Virus record (IMG/VR): IMGVR_UViG_3300030385_002649
Coordinates: 306,805-370,804 of that record
DNA: 64,000 nucleotides
Direction: 5' to 3' (one strand)
Shown here: positions 32,030 through 42,718 of the stretch, one piece after another
Position numbering within the stretch: the stretch's first letter is position 1
Layout of the letters: every line of letters begins with the position of its first letter
The notes under the pieces: model-generated
The model's input: only the letters and a program-made list of their open reading frames with translations
Told to the model about the DNA's origin: nothing
The model's database searches: none
Program-made: the position numbers and the translations under genes

Positions 32030-34440
32030 GAAGTATGTTTCGAACGGTGCGCATTCAAGACCTTATGCTTGCTATGAGCATGACCAACCAGATAGCTAAA
32101 CCAACAACCAACTCTGGCTGGCCGACGCTTACCACACTTACAAGGAATTGGTTGCCTGATGAAAGCCTTACAGATGTTTTTGCCATACACTATCCTCTAG
32201 ACTCCCAACGGATGCAATAACTAAACCAACAAGCAGGCAAGGCGCTCAATGGCGTCATTATTGCACGAGCACCATTGATTGCGCATTTGCAATGGTTGTA
32301 AGCTTCAGAATCAAAATCGTTATAAAGCAGCAATGCGCAACAGTGTCTAATCATTAGGCGTTCTCTTCAGACCCAAAGACAAATCTTTTAAATTTTTTGA
32401 CCCTAGTGCTATACCAACAATCTCCGAACACAATATGGCCGCGACCAGTAGTAAGAATGCAGCACCGACAAAGAACGTCTGGACTCCTCATACGCCGCAC
32501 GCTTCTCTTTTAGCCTTTTTAGCTAGTTCTTTAGCACGACCATCATACCTTTTTACCCGCTGATCGTCGCCAACATGATAAGAAAACCACCTATTCCACC
32601 ATTCATAATTGCCGTTGTTCCTAGGGAGTATCATGTCGCCAGTTAGTCGCCAATTATCCATGATGCCAAAACCAAATCCTGAAAGAAATCCAACTTCTAA
32701 AATCCACACAGTTGCATTTAGGTGAAATACATTGATAATTGTCGGTGTTCTCATATTGAACCTTATGATAGTCGGAAGCATGGCTACACCGACAGTGAAA
32801 GGAAGAATCAAACCGACGTAGAATTCTTCCTTTCACGTCCACAAATTCATAGCACCGAATTTTTTCATCCGGTGAAGATTGCTATTCCGGACGACTAAAG
32901 ATTTTCTAGCAATAGCGTGAGAGTGCCAAGGCTTAAAGCTTTCGCACTCACAGCCCTCACCCAAACAAGTCCTCATGCCTTCGGTGGTGGTCACCCAATC
33001 ATGTTCAGCTTTTGTAGTATCAAGATAATACCATCTTTTAATGTCAGAGTGACCACACCTACATATCGTAATCATACTGTGGCTCCGAGTTTCCATGTGC
33101 GCCAAAAATGTCTGCGACAAATTCTATAGCTAAACCAACATTTAATAGTATAGTGCTGAGTCTCATAAAGATTTGGACATCTGCAGCCCATCATCGTGCT
33201 CATGGCCACAGCCTCTTCCATATCCCCGTTTGGCGGATCCGATAACTATGCCAACAAAATTTTGTATGGTGTGGCATAAAAACGTAAGAGCACCTACAAA
33301 TTCGGATCATATTGGTCCCAAACCCAAATCCTATAGCTATACCAACAACCAGCAAAAGAATGAGCACCTAGTAGTTTGTTTCTAGAGCCAAGTGGCATAT
33401 GTTGAGTCTCATAAAGATTGGGGCATCTACATTCCATTATTGTGCACAAACTTCTTCTATGCGGTTCGCAAGAGCCCTCAAATATCCAACTGCCTTTGTG
33501 CTGTCCGCGTCACTGATGATGGTGCAACCTTTATCCTTCAGTCTCTTGATTGACCCCCAGCTCTTCATTGAGCCGCCCATAGCGAACGTGAAAGAGAAAT
33601 CAGTCTTAACAAGATCTCCAGAATTTATGGTGAGATTCTTACCACACAACTTGTTAACATCACCAATTAAGCTCGGATCGTCAACTTCAATGAGAAGCTT
33701 AAGCTTGACAGACCTTTCAACGCTCTCCCACACTTGCTCACTATACCAGGCTCTCATGCGCACCAAACCTTGCTGTTAGGCCAATGACTACATCGACAAT
33801 TAACGCTCGGCTTGGGCGGAGAGTTAGTACTGCAAAAAAATCTTTAGTTCTACTCATTAAAAATCCTGTATGAGTACCAACAAGTGCCAGCCCAATGATA
33901 ATAAATTTCGGCTAGCCAAATCGGTCCCATATATGCCGTTTGACATCGACACCGAGGCAGCGCAACGTTGCTAACGGTCTCTTTCATAAAGTTTAGACCA
34001 TCTCCTCATCCGCGCAGCCTTTAACTTATTCTCGTTGATAAAATACGAATACCAACACCCATTAGTACGAGCAAAATGGTCCTCGTCCACCTTCCCACAT
34101 CTACAACGAAAGCTCACTGCCACCTCATCACAAAATGATGAAAATGGATTTTATTGCTAAACCACCAATTTCTTCTTCGAACAACGGTGTTAATACAAGC
34201 CATCTAACAACCTCTCCAAAACAGCGTCGGACCAAACTTGATAACTATACCAATAATTTAAAAAATCATGGCCACGGTCGGAGTGCTCCTTGCCACACCT
34301 ACAAGCTAAGACACCTTCCATATCCAACTCACTTTCAATTTATGGATTCTATAACTAAACCAGCAATCGCTTTCGGAACACCAATGATCATAAACAGTTA
34401 GCCATTTTCCTGATCTTCCGCATCTACAGGGAAAACTCAT
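32030..34440 (-). CDS. Cluster of mostly short-form CRC-x-H-x-CW(Y/F/H)SYRI micro-proteins (32190-32354, 32354-32491, 32654-32842, 32833-33075, 33072-33203, 33200-33310, 33294-33437, 33850-33987, 33971-34117, 34190-34321, 34306-34440)
   Basis: Manual translation; TAATG, ATGA and GTGA start-stop overlaps. Confidence 0.72.
33437..33766 (-). CDS. ~100-aa protein beginning with the WYS half-module (CRCSH lies upstream in another frame)
   Basis: MRAWYSEQVWES... Confidence 0.6.
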   Translation of the reverse strand: MVRMRAWYSEQVWESVERSVKLKLLIEVDDPSLIGDVNKLCGKNLTINSGDLVKTDFSFTFAMGGSMKSWGSIKRLKDKGCTIISDADSTKAVGYLRALANRIEEVCAQ

Positions 34441-34554
34441 CCGATTTTATTCTTGTAAGCGTTTCTTGCGGCTAAATTATGCTTAATTCTAGAACTAAAC
34501 CAGGGTTTATAAACAGGACAATCACACTTCCTACAACAAGCGAAATTGTAATCG

Positions 34555-34818
34555 TTATTGTCCATAATTCCACTTCAAAACAAGAGCGCTATACCACCAC
34601 CTATATTGCTTACGCCCGCAACCACAACGGCACATGCCTAGTCTCCCACTAAAACTTCTTCGCCTTAACCCTTGTGGTGGTTTCCAACTATGTCGGCTAT
34701 CAACATAAATATGACCACTAAACCAAAGCCTATATTGTTGACAATTACAATTGTAGCAATGATAAGTATTAATATGATACCGATGCAAGTTAACGTCATG
34801 CCCACATCTACAGTTCAT
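34555..34818 (-). CDS. Tandem two-module CRC-WxS protein
   Basis: MNCRCGHDVNLH..WFS....MCRCGCGRKQYRWWYS. Confidence 0.7.
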   Translation of the reverse strand: MNCRCGHDVNLHRYHINTYHCYNCNCQQYRLWFSGHIYVDSRHSWKPPQGLRRRSFSGRLGMCRCGCGRKQYRWWYSALVLKWNYGQ

Positions 34819-35161
34819 TAAAACCGATACTTTCGATCATGATGAATAAACCTACTAAACCACCAATTGTGATTCCCACATTCGCAACACGACACGGCCA
34901 GATGTGAGTCACGTTATCAACACCGGAGTGAAGGCCAATCGCGTGGCCGCACCTACATCCTCGTCCCACTCATCATAATCGCTTACCGCAAATGGACGCT
35001 GAATACCACACGCCCTATGCATCACAAGGACACCCGTCAGCTTTACACCGATACTGATAAGAATGAGGAATACTGCCAGCCGCCATATCAAAAGTCGACC
35101 ACACCATGTGAGGGCCAACAGCGTGACCGCAACGACAATCCCTCGCCCAATCAGCACTCAT
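34818..35161 (-). pseudogene. Two disrupted CRC-WxS copies: one frameshifted (~34818-34970) and one with an in-frame TAG at 35015-35017 (34973-35161)
   Basis: CRCGHAVGPH...CPCDA*GVWYS versus neighbour CPCDEWGVWHS. Confidence 0.6.
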
Positions 35162-37823
35162 TAGAGAACCTCGCCATAATAAATGCGATCAAGTTTCATT
35201 TTACTAAGCTTTTCCCTAATAATACACTCACTATGCCAAACCCCCCACTCATCACAAGGGCAATCAGAGGCTTGGCAAGCCATACTAATTTCTACACTAA
35301 CAATGCCATCACAACAAATATGATCGCCAACTCCATGATCGCAACGACATTTAGACATTTGGTAACGCCTTCGCCAGCCCCGCCAGCCTCTCCCTACAAA
35401 TCCTCAAACTGTACCACCACTTAAATCGAGCACACCGGCAAGACTTTTCCGAGCATAGAGAAGTGGGGGTGGGGCCGTTATAAGAAAGATCGTGGAAACC
35501 CCAATCATGCCCACAACGACACGCGTGTCTAACCACCGAATTATCGATCATAATCCGGCAACCCCCAAAAATTCAACGTCTTATAAATCTTCATACTGTA
35601 CCACCAACCATAACGCTTACAGTCACAAGACGCGCACGCATATGCGGACTGGCCACCAGCATGATGCTGAAACCACTCATGATCACACCTACATTTAGTT
35701 GAACCAGAAAGTCGCGCCATAGGTTTTAAATACCGTGTTGAACGCGAACTCATAAAATTTCCGCGATATACTCCTCGAAGCAGTACTGAACGCGTTAAAG
35801 ACCATTTCGAGTCTGATGCCTCCACTTACCCCGCCGCTTCGAGTACCACAAAGACCCACTAAACCCTAACTCTCAAGCTGTACCACCACCTTAAATAAAA
35901 GTCCGGATCACAAGACATTGTGCAAGCCACGGTCCCACCTTCTCATAGCGTCCGTTTCCATTGCTTTAACCGTTGCTTTAACCGCATCACATTCAATTTT
36001 CTCCCACATCCTAATCCTCTTAAACTTAAAACGAATCCGAAAACTAAACCAAAACACTCGCGTAACGTCACTTCTCATTCGAGATCTCCAAGCAACCTAC
36101 GGCGCTCACTGTTAGCATCTTGCAAAATAATGTTACTATACCAACCATTCCAATAATCACACTTAAGACAAATCACACACTTAACGCCCATGAGTCCACC
36201 TCGATGCAGGAGCTCTCCCTTGTGTGACGAGAAAGCACACCCACACCTACAAGTAAACCAGTTCCACGAAACAGATGGTTTAGCATTAGTCATACCAGTT
36301 TGCCATAATAACGCTTCAGATTGCGCTGGATATAAAAAACGCTCTTACTATACCAACTTCTAAAATTGTAACACTTACAAAGCGTACAGTTAGACTCACG
36401 AAGATCTTTAAACTTATGAGAATGCCAATAATGCCCACACCTACAAACCCTCACCGTTAATCGCCTCCCATTCCCTATGCTCCAAACGTCTTTTGTGCTC
36501 CACTAACCTTCTCGCGTACGTGGAAAATTAAATCATCTAATTCTACTACTATACCACGACACATATCTAGGACACCCACAGCGACACTCAACAGCGGAAC
36601 CAACATGCTGAAACCACCCATGTCCACACCTACAAGTCTTCATGGGTACCACTCCTCCATCTCCCTATGTGCCCCAACTATAACGCCTAGCCCAAACAGA
36701 ACGGCTAAACCAAGACTTAAAAGAATCACAAGTGCCCCAAGACCCATCCTGCTGATGGAACCGCCAAGCATAACCACACCTACAAACCGGAAATCTAAAA
36801 ACCCTATCGCCCATCACAGTCACCGCACCTAACCACCGCGCGTGCTGTTTTTCGTATACCTCGCCTTATTTCTTTGCGATATCTGAATCCCCCTACTATA
36901 CCACGCCTCATGAGACTCACAGTAACATATGTCACAAGCATACAAACCCGTCCCCGCCCCCCGAATCTTGCTATGTTCCCACCACTGATGACTACACCGA
37001 CAATTTCTAAAAGAATGATTACTCATTCCTGCAGCAAACAAGCCCTCAACCACAACCTAGCCGAGTACCACCTCTTAAAATCACACGGGACCAACTCACG
37101 ATGATGGGTAACAAACCCAAGACTACACCTACAACGACTCATAACCCCATAAACCTCATCCGCCAACTTAGCACAAGTATCACACTGGCACATCGCACAT
37201 CGCAAGAAGGCAATCCTGATAAAACCACCTCCCAGGACCACGATCCTTATCCCCAAATACTCGATCGATCTGAACCCGATGGCGCTCAAACTCGCGCCCC
37301 CTCTCGATCAAGTCCAAAACATCCGAATAGGGGGAGCTTTTAACCGACATATTGAACCAAAGCCCGAGTTGAACGCGACATTAGGAGTTCCTCCTGCTCG
37401 CCCACAACATAAACCCCACCATTCTAGAATACCAAGACCTAAACTCCCCACACTTACTAGCGCAACCGAGAACACCAGCACACACCCCACCCACGCTCCC
37501 CGGAAGAACATGACAAACCGACTTATGCCCACACCTACACACAACAGCCATTTCTCCTCCTCCTAATCTCCAAGGTCGCCTTCTTCACCCACCACACCTT
37601 ATGACTATACCAACAATGAAGAGTAGGATCCCCATGATAAAGAACATACTCAGACCAACCATGATTACGAGTATTAGTCCAAACATGACCACACCTACAC
37701 AAAATCGGGCGAGATCCTCTCATATATCCTCCTCAAACGAGCTAACCTACTAAACCAACAATTCCTAAGAAAAAGGTTAGTATCCCTCACTGAGTCATGA
37801 TCATAACCACACCTACAAATCAC
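35161..37823 (-). CDS. Eleven further CRC-WxS micro-proteins (35161-35358, 35351-35551, 35541-35720, 36075-36293, 36290-36454, 36533-36643, 36665-36814, 36829-37026, 37023-37142, 37381-37551, 37535-37723) plus 37695-37823
   Basis: For example 37381-37551 has SD GGAGGAG-aa-ATG, MAVVCRCGHKSVCH..SKCGEFRSWYSR; 36290-36454 VRVCRCGHYWHSH..CTLCKCYNFRSWYS. Confidence 0.75.
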
Positions 37824-38687
37824 AAGCCCACCTTGCCAACATGATAACGCTTACACCACCTAATGCGATTACTATACCACACATAGTCCAGCCACAACCT
37901 ACCCATTAGACAAACCGCGAATTATCAACCCAACCACAACGCCACCAAATATGCCTACTATACCACGCCCTCAACTTCATTAAAAATCCCTCATTATACG
38001 AATAATCCTACTATACCACAAGCTATGCGCCCCACAATGACAACAAGCATACGAGTAAAACTCACCAGCAGTGCTAACCCTAAGCTGAGACGACACAGGA
38101 GCAACAGAAAGCCTATAACACTCACAATTACCCAACATAAAAAGGAAGACTATTCTTCAAATTAACAAGAGAAGGCCAACGCGTCGTATAAACCAACATG
38201 TTCCGCCTCTGATCGTACCGAACGCGAGTCACCTCCTTAAAACAAAACCTCCCCAAAACCAGTTGCGTCTCAAGAGGATCCAAAGAAAACCACAACACAT
38301 AAGGACCATCCCCACCCTCAACACCCTGGCAAGACGCAATAGTATAAACCTCAGAAAAAGAGTTAAACCACTCAAGAACCCCACAAACCTCCGAATCCAC
38401 ACTCACACTCTTAGGCCGAAACAACACCTGCGAATGAGTAGCATCACCAACCTTAACCCTCATACAAACCTCCAACCCTAAAATACCAACAACTGCACGT
38501 GAGGAACGCACCTCCCGCCACTTCCAAAACTCCTCGCGCCGAAAAACAATATACATGTCACATACTGAACCCCCAAAAAACACACCCCCTCTCAAAAACC
38601 CCCACATGTACGGATAAGGTACACCCACCCCCTATGATTGCGTGATGAACGCGCTAATGTTCTATAATGAACCTCGCGCCGACTAGC

Positions 38688-38880
38688 GACCTGCCACCCC
38701 CCATAGGCACCCCGCGTGCCCACATGGCCGTACTCCACATGGCCGGAACCCCTCCCCCCGGGCCCAACCCCCAGAGTAGAACGGGGGTGTCGCCGGGCCC
38801 GCCGCGCGCGGGCGACACACCGGTGGCAGGGGGCATTCTAGCCCGAGCCAAGTGGCATGGACCAAGGGGAACCCATGCCA
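38688..38880. other. GC-rich nested inverted-repeat element at the transcription and skew switch point
   Basis: CTGCCACC..GGTGGCAG, GTGTCGCC..GGCGACAC, CCCCC..GGGGG, TGGCATGG..CCATGCCA; direct repeat CCACATGGCCG x2. Confidence 0.6.
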
Positions 38881-38916
38881 CTTTTTAAACCGTATCCCCA
38901 CAATTGGAGTATTACC

Positions 38917-39291
38917 ATGGCCGTTCAAATGCAAATCAAGATTGGCAAGCCCACCCTCACCCACTTCGCCACGCTGGAGAAGCTCGGGTACGCCCCCACC
39001 CAGGGGGAGGAGACCATCCGTTTCGAGGCCACGAAGGTCCACGCGGAGTTCGACCTCACGGGTGGGGACGTGCTGTCCCGCCTCAAGGCGTGCATCGCTG
39101 CGAAGGAGTGCTTCTCCTACAAGACGCGCTTCACGGTGGAGCGGGAGGGTGAGGCTCAGGTCCTCTTCTGCTTCCCCGCGTGTGCGGCCTTGGACCGGGT
39201 GGCGAAGGGCCTGAGTGCTCTCGTCGCCAAGCCTGTCAAGAAGGGGAAGAAGGTGGCTAAGGCTGCGTTCTCCCTGGACGACCTCGTCTAG
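38917..39291 (+). CDS. Paralog family A, copy 1 (C-terminal FSLDDL)
   Basis: LEKLGY.. and AAFSLDDLV; strongly C/G-ending codons. Confidence 0.8.
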   Translation: MAVQMQIKIGKPTLTHFATLEKLGYAPTQGEETIRFEATKVHAEFDLTGGDVLSRLKACIAAKECFSYKTRFTVEREGEAQVLFCFPACAALDRVAKGLSALVAKPVKKGKKVAKAAFSLDDLV

Positions 39292-39295
39292 TATT

Positions 39296-39322
39296 TGGCC
39301 AGGCCCCCTTAGGGCCTGGCCA
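39296..39322 (+). terminator. Hairpin TGGCCAGGCCC-cctta-GGGCCTGGCCA
   Basis: 11-bp perfect stem immediately after the stop codon. Confidence 0.7.
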
Positions 39323-39429
39323 TTTACCTATGTGTAGTAACAACTTTAGGCTATGGGGTTCCTCGTAGCACACCCGGTGAGTGATGATCCGTTTGGTGAT
39401 CCATTCTCGTAGCACACCCGTAGGAGGGA

Positions 39430-40338
39430 TTGATGGATAAGATGGTTGGAGAGTGTTGTGACATGGAGTTGGTGGCTTTGGGGGTGAAGGTCCTGGAGGC
39501 GGTCCCTGGGGAGTGCCCGTGTTGTGGTGACACGGGGACTGTTGAGGTCATCCAGGGTGAGAAGCGTTTCTTGCTTTGTGATGGGTGTCACCAGGAGCAG
39601 GTGGAGGCTGAGATCGACTCCAGGGAGTTGGAGTTGGAGTTGGAGTTGGAGTTCGCTGACGCCTTGGTGGACGACTAGTTGGTAAACTTAGAATTACCCT
39701 GGGTTCGGAACCCCGCTTCGATTGGCGTATAATCAATTGGTCAACTCACTGGCTGGACCATGTTCTCGTTCTTACAGGGCATTATTATGAGCGCGCTAGT
39801 GGATCCCCTGGGTTTTTCACTGGTGGGTTGGCCATTATCACTGGGAGGTTGACTGTGAGTCAGGTTCTTATTTTCGTGGCTCTTTGGGTCATAATGATTG
39901 TCTGCACGAATCGTGCGGCTTTGGCTAAGGCCAGGAGGGGGAGTGATGAAGCTCTTTAAGGTGGTGTGGGATTCTAAGGTTCCTAAGTGTCCGAACGCTA
40001 GCGCTGGATCGCTTAAGTGTGATTGTGTCAGCGGGTCGTGCATCAAGGAGGGGTTGGAGGGTCCGATCACGTCCTTGATCACTTGTGATGATTTTCTCTC
40101 GGCGGCGAGGATTATCATGGGTGCGTACAGTGACCACTTGCTCAAGGTCACTAATGTCCAGGAGGTTGCTTGCCCGATTGAGGCGGCGATGCTCGTGCGT
40201 GAGTTGAGGGGGTTGAGTTTCGACTTTCTCAACCCTGATCGTCGGGTGGGCTTGGAGCCAAGTGGTCTCGTGGAGGAGGATAAAGTTTATTTCCCTCCCG
40301 GTTGCGCCTGGGGGAGTGACTCGCCTTCTGTTTCTTAA
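39430..40338 (+). CDS. Two hypothetical genes (39430-39678 with CPCC..CDGC and a GGAGTT x5 repeat; ~39946-40338)
   Basis: Track ORFs with upstream GGAG. Confidence 0.55.
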
Positions 40339-40339
40339 A

Positions 40340-41525
40340 ACGGGGAAATAAACAGATCCCCTGCCTCCTAATATTCTGAGTTAGGTTCGAATATTAGTGA
40401 AGTAATTCTAACATTGGGCTTACCCCCTTAATGTTAGTGAGCCTGACGAGCGCCCCCTAATGTTAGTTGATTTTCTAGTCCTAATGTTAGGGGGGTAACG
40501 CGAATATTGGTGCGTGTACATGTGAAGTTCGCGCACGGTATTGTAATAACTCCTTGGTTCCAGAGTGAACAAAGAAAAAACCCAGGAGAACACCGAAACA
40601 CCAGGAACGTGCCCCAGGGTTCAAGCTTAAACTTCTACATACGCGAGAGGCTCCCAGAGCGCGGGAGAGGGAACGGGTTTCACCCCTATTATTTTCGTAT
40701 CGTTTTACATGTCGTTAATTTTCTTTTTTTGGGCCTCCAGTGTTCTGTGGGGTTTTTCTCCCCTTTAGTGTCTTGTTGGTTTCTTTTTTTCTCTCTTTTT
40801 TGTTGGGGGGTGTGTTGTGCGTCGTTTGCTTGTTCGTTTGTTTCTTGTGTTGAGGAGGTTGGGGCGGTGAGGTGAGGTGAGGTGAGGGTGGGATGGGGTG
40901 TGTTTCATCCTTTGATGTGTCTTGGGGTGGGGTTGTTTCCTTTTTCTTCGTAGGTGGGTGTTTTGTCCTTTTTTTGGGTGGGGCATTTGGGGTGTGAGTC
41001 CTTCGTGTTGTCCCTGCGTTTTGGGTTTTGTTTGTTAGGGGGGTTGTGGGGCCTTGTGTGGGGGTTTTGTGCTTTCTCGTGGTTTTTACGTGGTCGTGTA
41101 CATGTGAGGTTGTTTTTGGGTGAGTTGGTGATGTTGTTTTCTTTGGGTGTTGGGGTGGTTGGGTCGTTCCTGATCGTTTTCTTGGGGTTCGTGTTCGACT
41201 TGTAGGGGGAGGGAGGTGTTTGGGGGTTAGCCAAGTGGGTTCGCGTGATCGGGTGTTTTTTTTCTTTCTTGGGGTGTGGGGCGTTGTTGTTGGGGTGACG
41301 TTGTGTAGTGATTCTCCTTTTTTTCTTGTGAAGGGTGGGGTTCCGGGGTTTGAGGAGCTTGTGGTGGGGTTTCTTTATCGTCCGGGTTGGAGGGGTGGTA
41401 TTGTTCTTTGGACGTTTTCTGTTAACCTGGGGTTTGTTTTCTTTGGGTGGTTGGCGTTTTTTTTCTTGTCTGAGTGGTTGAGGGTGGTTGAGGGTGGTTG
41501 AGGGTGGTTGAGGGTGGTTGAGTAG
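40340..41525. other. Apparently non-coding, extremely G+T-rich region with short repeats; candidate origin or control region
   Basis: Bases 40801-40860 are 53/60 G+T; AATGTTAG x4; CGTGTACATGTGA x2; GGTGGTTGAG x4. Confidence 0.5.
41483..41522 (+). repeat. 10-bp tandem repeat GGTGGTTGAG x4
   Basis: Direct reading. Confidence 0.9.
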
Positions 41526-41807
41526 GGTTTTGTGCTCTGCTCGGCCCTTGACGTGTACAAGGAGGTGATAATGACTGGCGATGATCCCACGCTCTATGAT
41601 ATTGTTCGGTATCTGGGGCGTAGGCTGCAGTTGGCGACTTCTTTTAAGCTGGCTGGTCACTCGACTGGGTTGGCTGAGGAGGTTGGGCCTCTGCAGTTGG
41701 CGTTCGATGCTCTGGTTCCTCTGATTGAGTCGGAGGAGGCGAGTATGCAGGGTGGTTCGGAGGAGTGACTGCTTAGTTTGTGGGTGTTCTAGAATAACCC
41801 TCGCCTT

Positions 41808-41880
41808 GGTCCCGTAGCTCAATGGATAGAGCAATCGCCTTCTAAGCGATCGGTTGTGGGTTCGAATCCCGCCGGGACTA
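41808..41880 (+). tRNA. tRNA-Arg(UCU)
   Basis: Cloverleaf; anticodon loop cttctaa; GTTCGAATC T-loop; no encoded CCA. Confidence 0.93.
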
Positions 41881-42718
41881 TCTGATTGGAGGTGACTTAT
41901 GGTGTCGCTACAACATGTGAGGACGCAATCGTTGCGTCATTTTCGGGAGAAGCCTATTGGCAAGAATGGTTACTATTTGACCGTCTTGCTGAAGGGAGTC
42001 CCGGTGGTTCGGGCTGTGATCTCGAAGGGTTTGGCTTTGGCCGTGGTGGCTGAGGTGATGGGTGGTAGGATGAACATGTGTCGTCCCTCGGTCTCGTTCG
42101 GCATGGTGGACAAGTCGTGGTGCAAGATTGGCCCGACCTGTTTGGTGGAGCGTCGTGACTCCGGTGGGGTGGAGAGTTTCTTCGTCGTGACGGTTCTTCC
42201 GGCGTGAGTGGGCTGAAGATGGTCCTTCTTGGGGATCTTGAGGTCGGTCGGACTTTCACGACTTGTGGGTCTTTGTTTGAGAAGGTGGGCCTTGGTCCTT
42301 CTGATCAGACGGTGGCGGCGAAGCGGATGGACTCGGGTCGGGAGGTTGTGACGATTTTTCCGGCTGGGGTTGAGGTGGAGGTTTCGCCTCGGTTGGATCA
42401 CTGTATTGGGGAGGCTAATGTCGCTAGTTCGACTGATCCAGTGCGGGTTTTCTGTGTGGATGACGTGGTTCGAAATGCTCTCGACACGGTGACGTTCTTG
42501 AAGGCGCAGAAGAAGAAGATGTCGATACTTCAGATCTATGGGGTGCTTGATGCTCTGTGGGAGAAGACGGCCTCGGCGAGTTTGGTTAAGCGGTAGCTGC
42601 TTTAGTGCTGGGGTGCGAATCCTCCCCTTGTCGTCTGGGGTCATAGACATTTTTTTAAGCCCCCTCATCGTTAGCCAAGTGGGGTGGGTAAACCGTAGGC
42701 TGAATTTGGAGAATTGGT

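Larger units (their letters stand above)
25466..38050 (-). repeat. Array of about 40 complete and about 9 partial paralogous CRC(G)H...W(Y/F/H)S micro-protein genes
   Basis: Recurrent plus-strand strings (c)acacctaca/acatctaca/gcaacgaca and ctatacca/ctaaacca; manual translation gives 36-90 aa ORFs, many translationally coupled. Confidence 0.85.

Noticed and set aside
35015-35017. Amber recoding (alternative genetic code)
   Set aside because: TAG terminates many intact genes here (for example 39291, 45549, 62772) and no suppressor tRNA was found; both tRNAs have sense anticodons
34909-37544. Hydrophobic alternate-frame ORFs (34909-35157, 37308-37544) and plus-strand P/T/H-rich ORFs at 35-38.5 kb
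   Set aside because: By-products of G/T skew; the CRC frame carries the SD and coupled starts
29500-38030. TGGTATAGT as extended -10 promoters
   Set aside because: Resembles TGnTATAAT, but variants TGGTATTCT, TGGTACTCA and TGGCACTCT keep WYS/WHS while breaking the box; a secondary promoter role is not excluded
25466-38050. CRISPR array or pure DNA repeat
   Set aside because: Repeats are degenerate, spacing is irregular, and variation is synonymous at the codon level, which fits protein paralogs
25466-38050. Diversity-generating retroelement
   Set aside because: No reverse transcriptase in the window and no TR/VR pair differing only at adenines was seen
40765-42668. Minus-strand K/P/T/N-rich ORFs (for example 40905-41834)
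   Set aside because: Antisense shadows of the G+T-rich tract, which lacks stops on that strand
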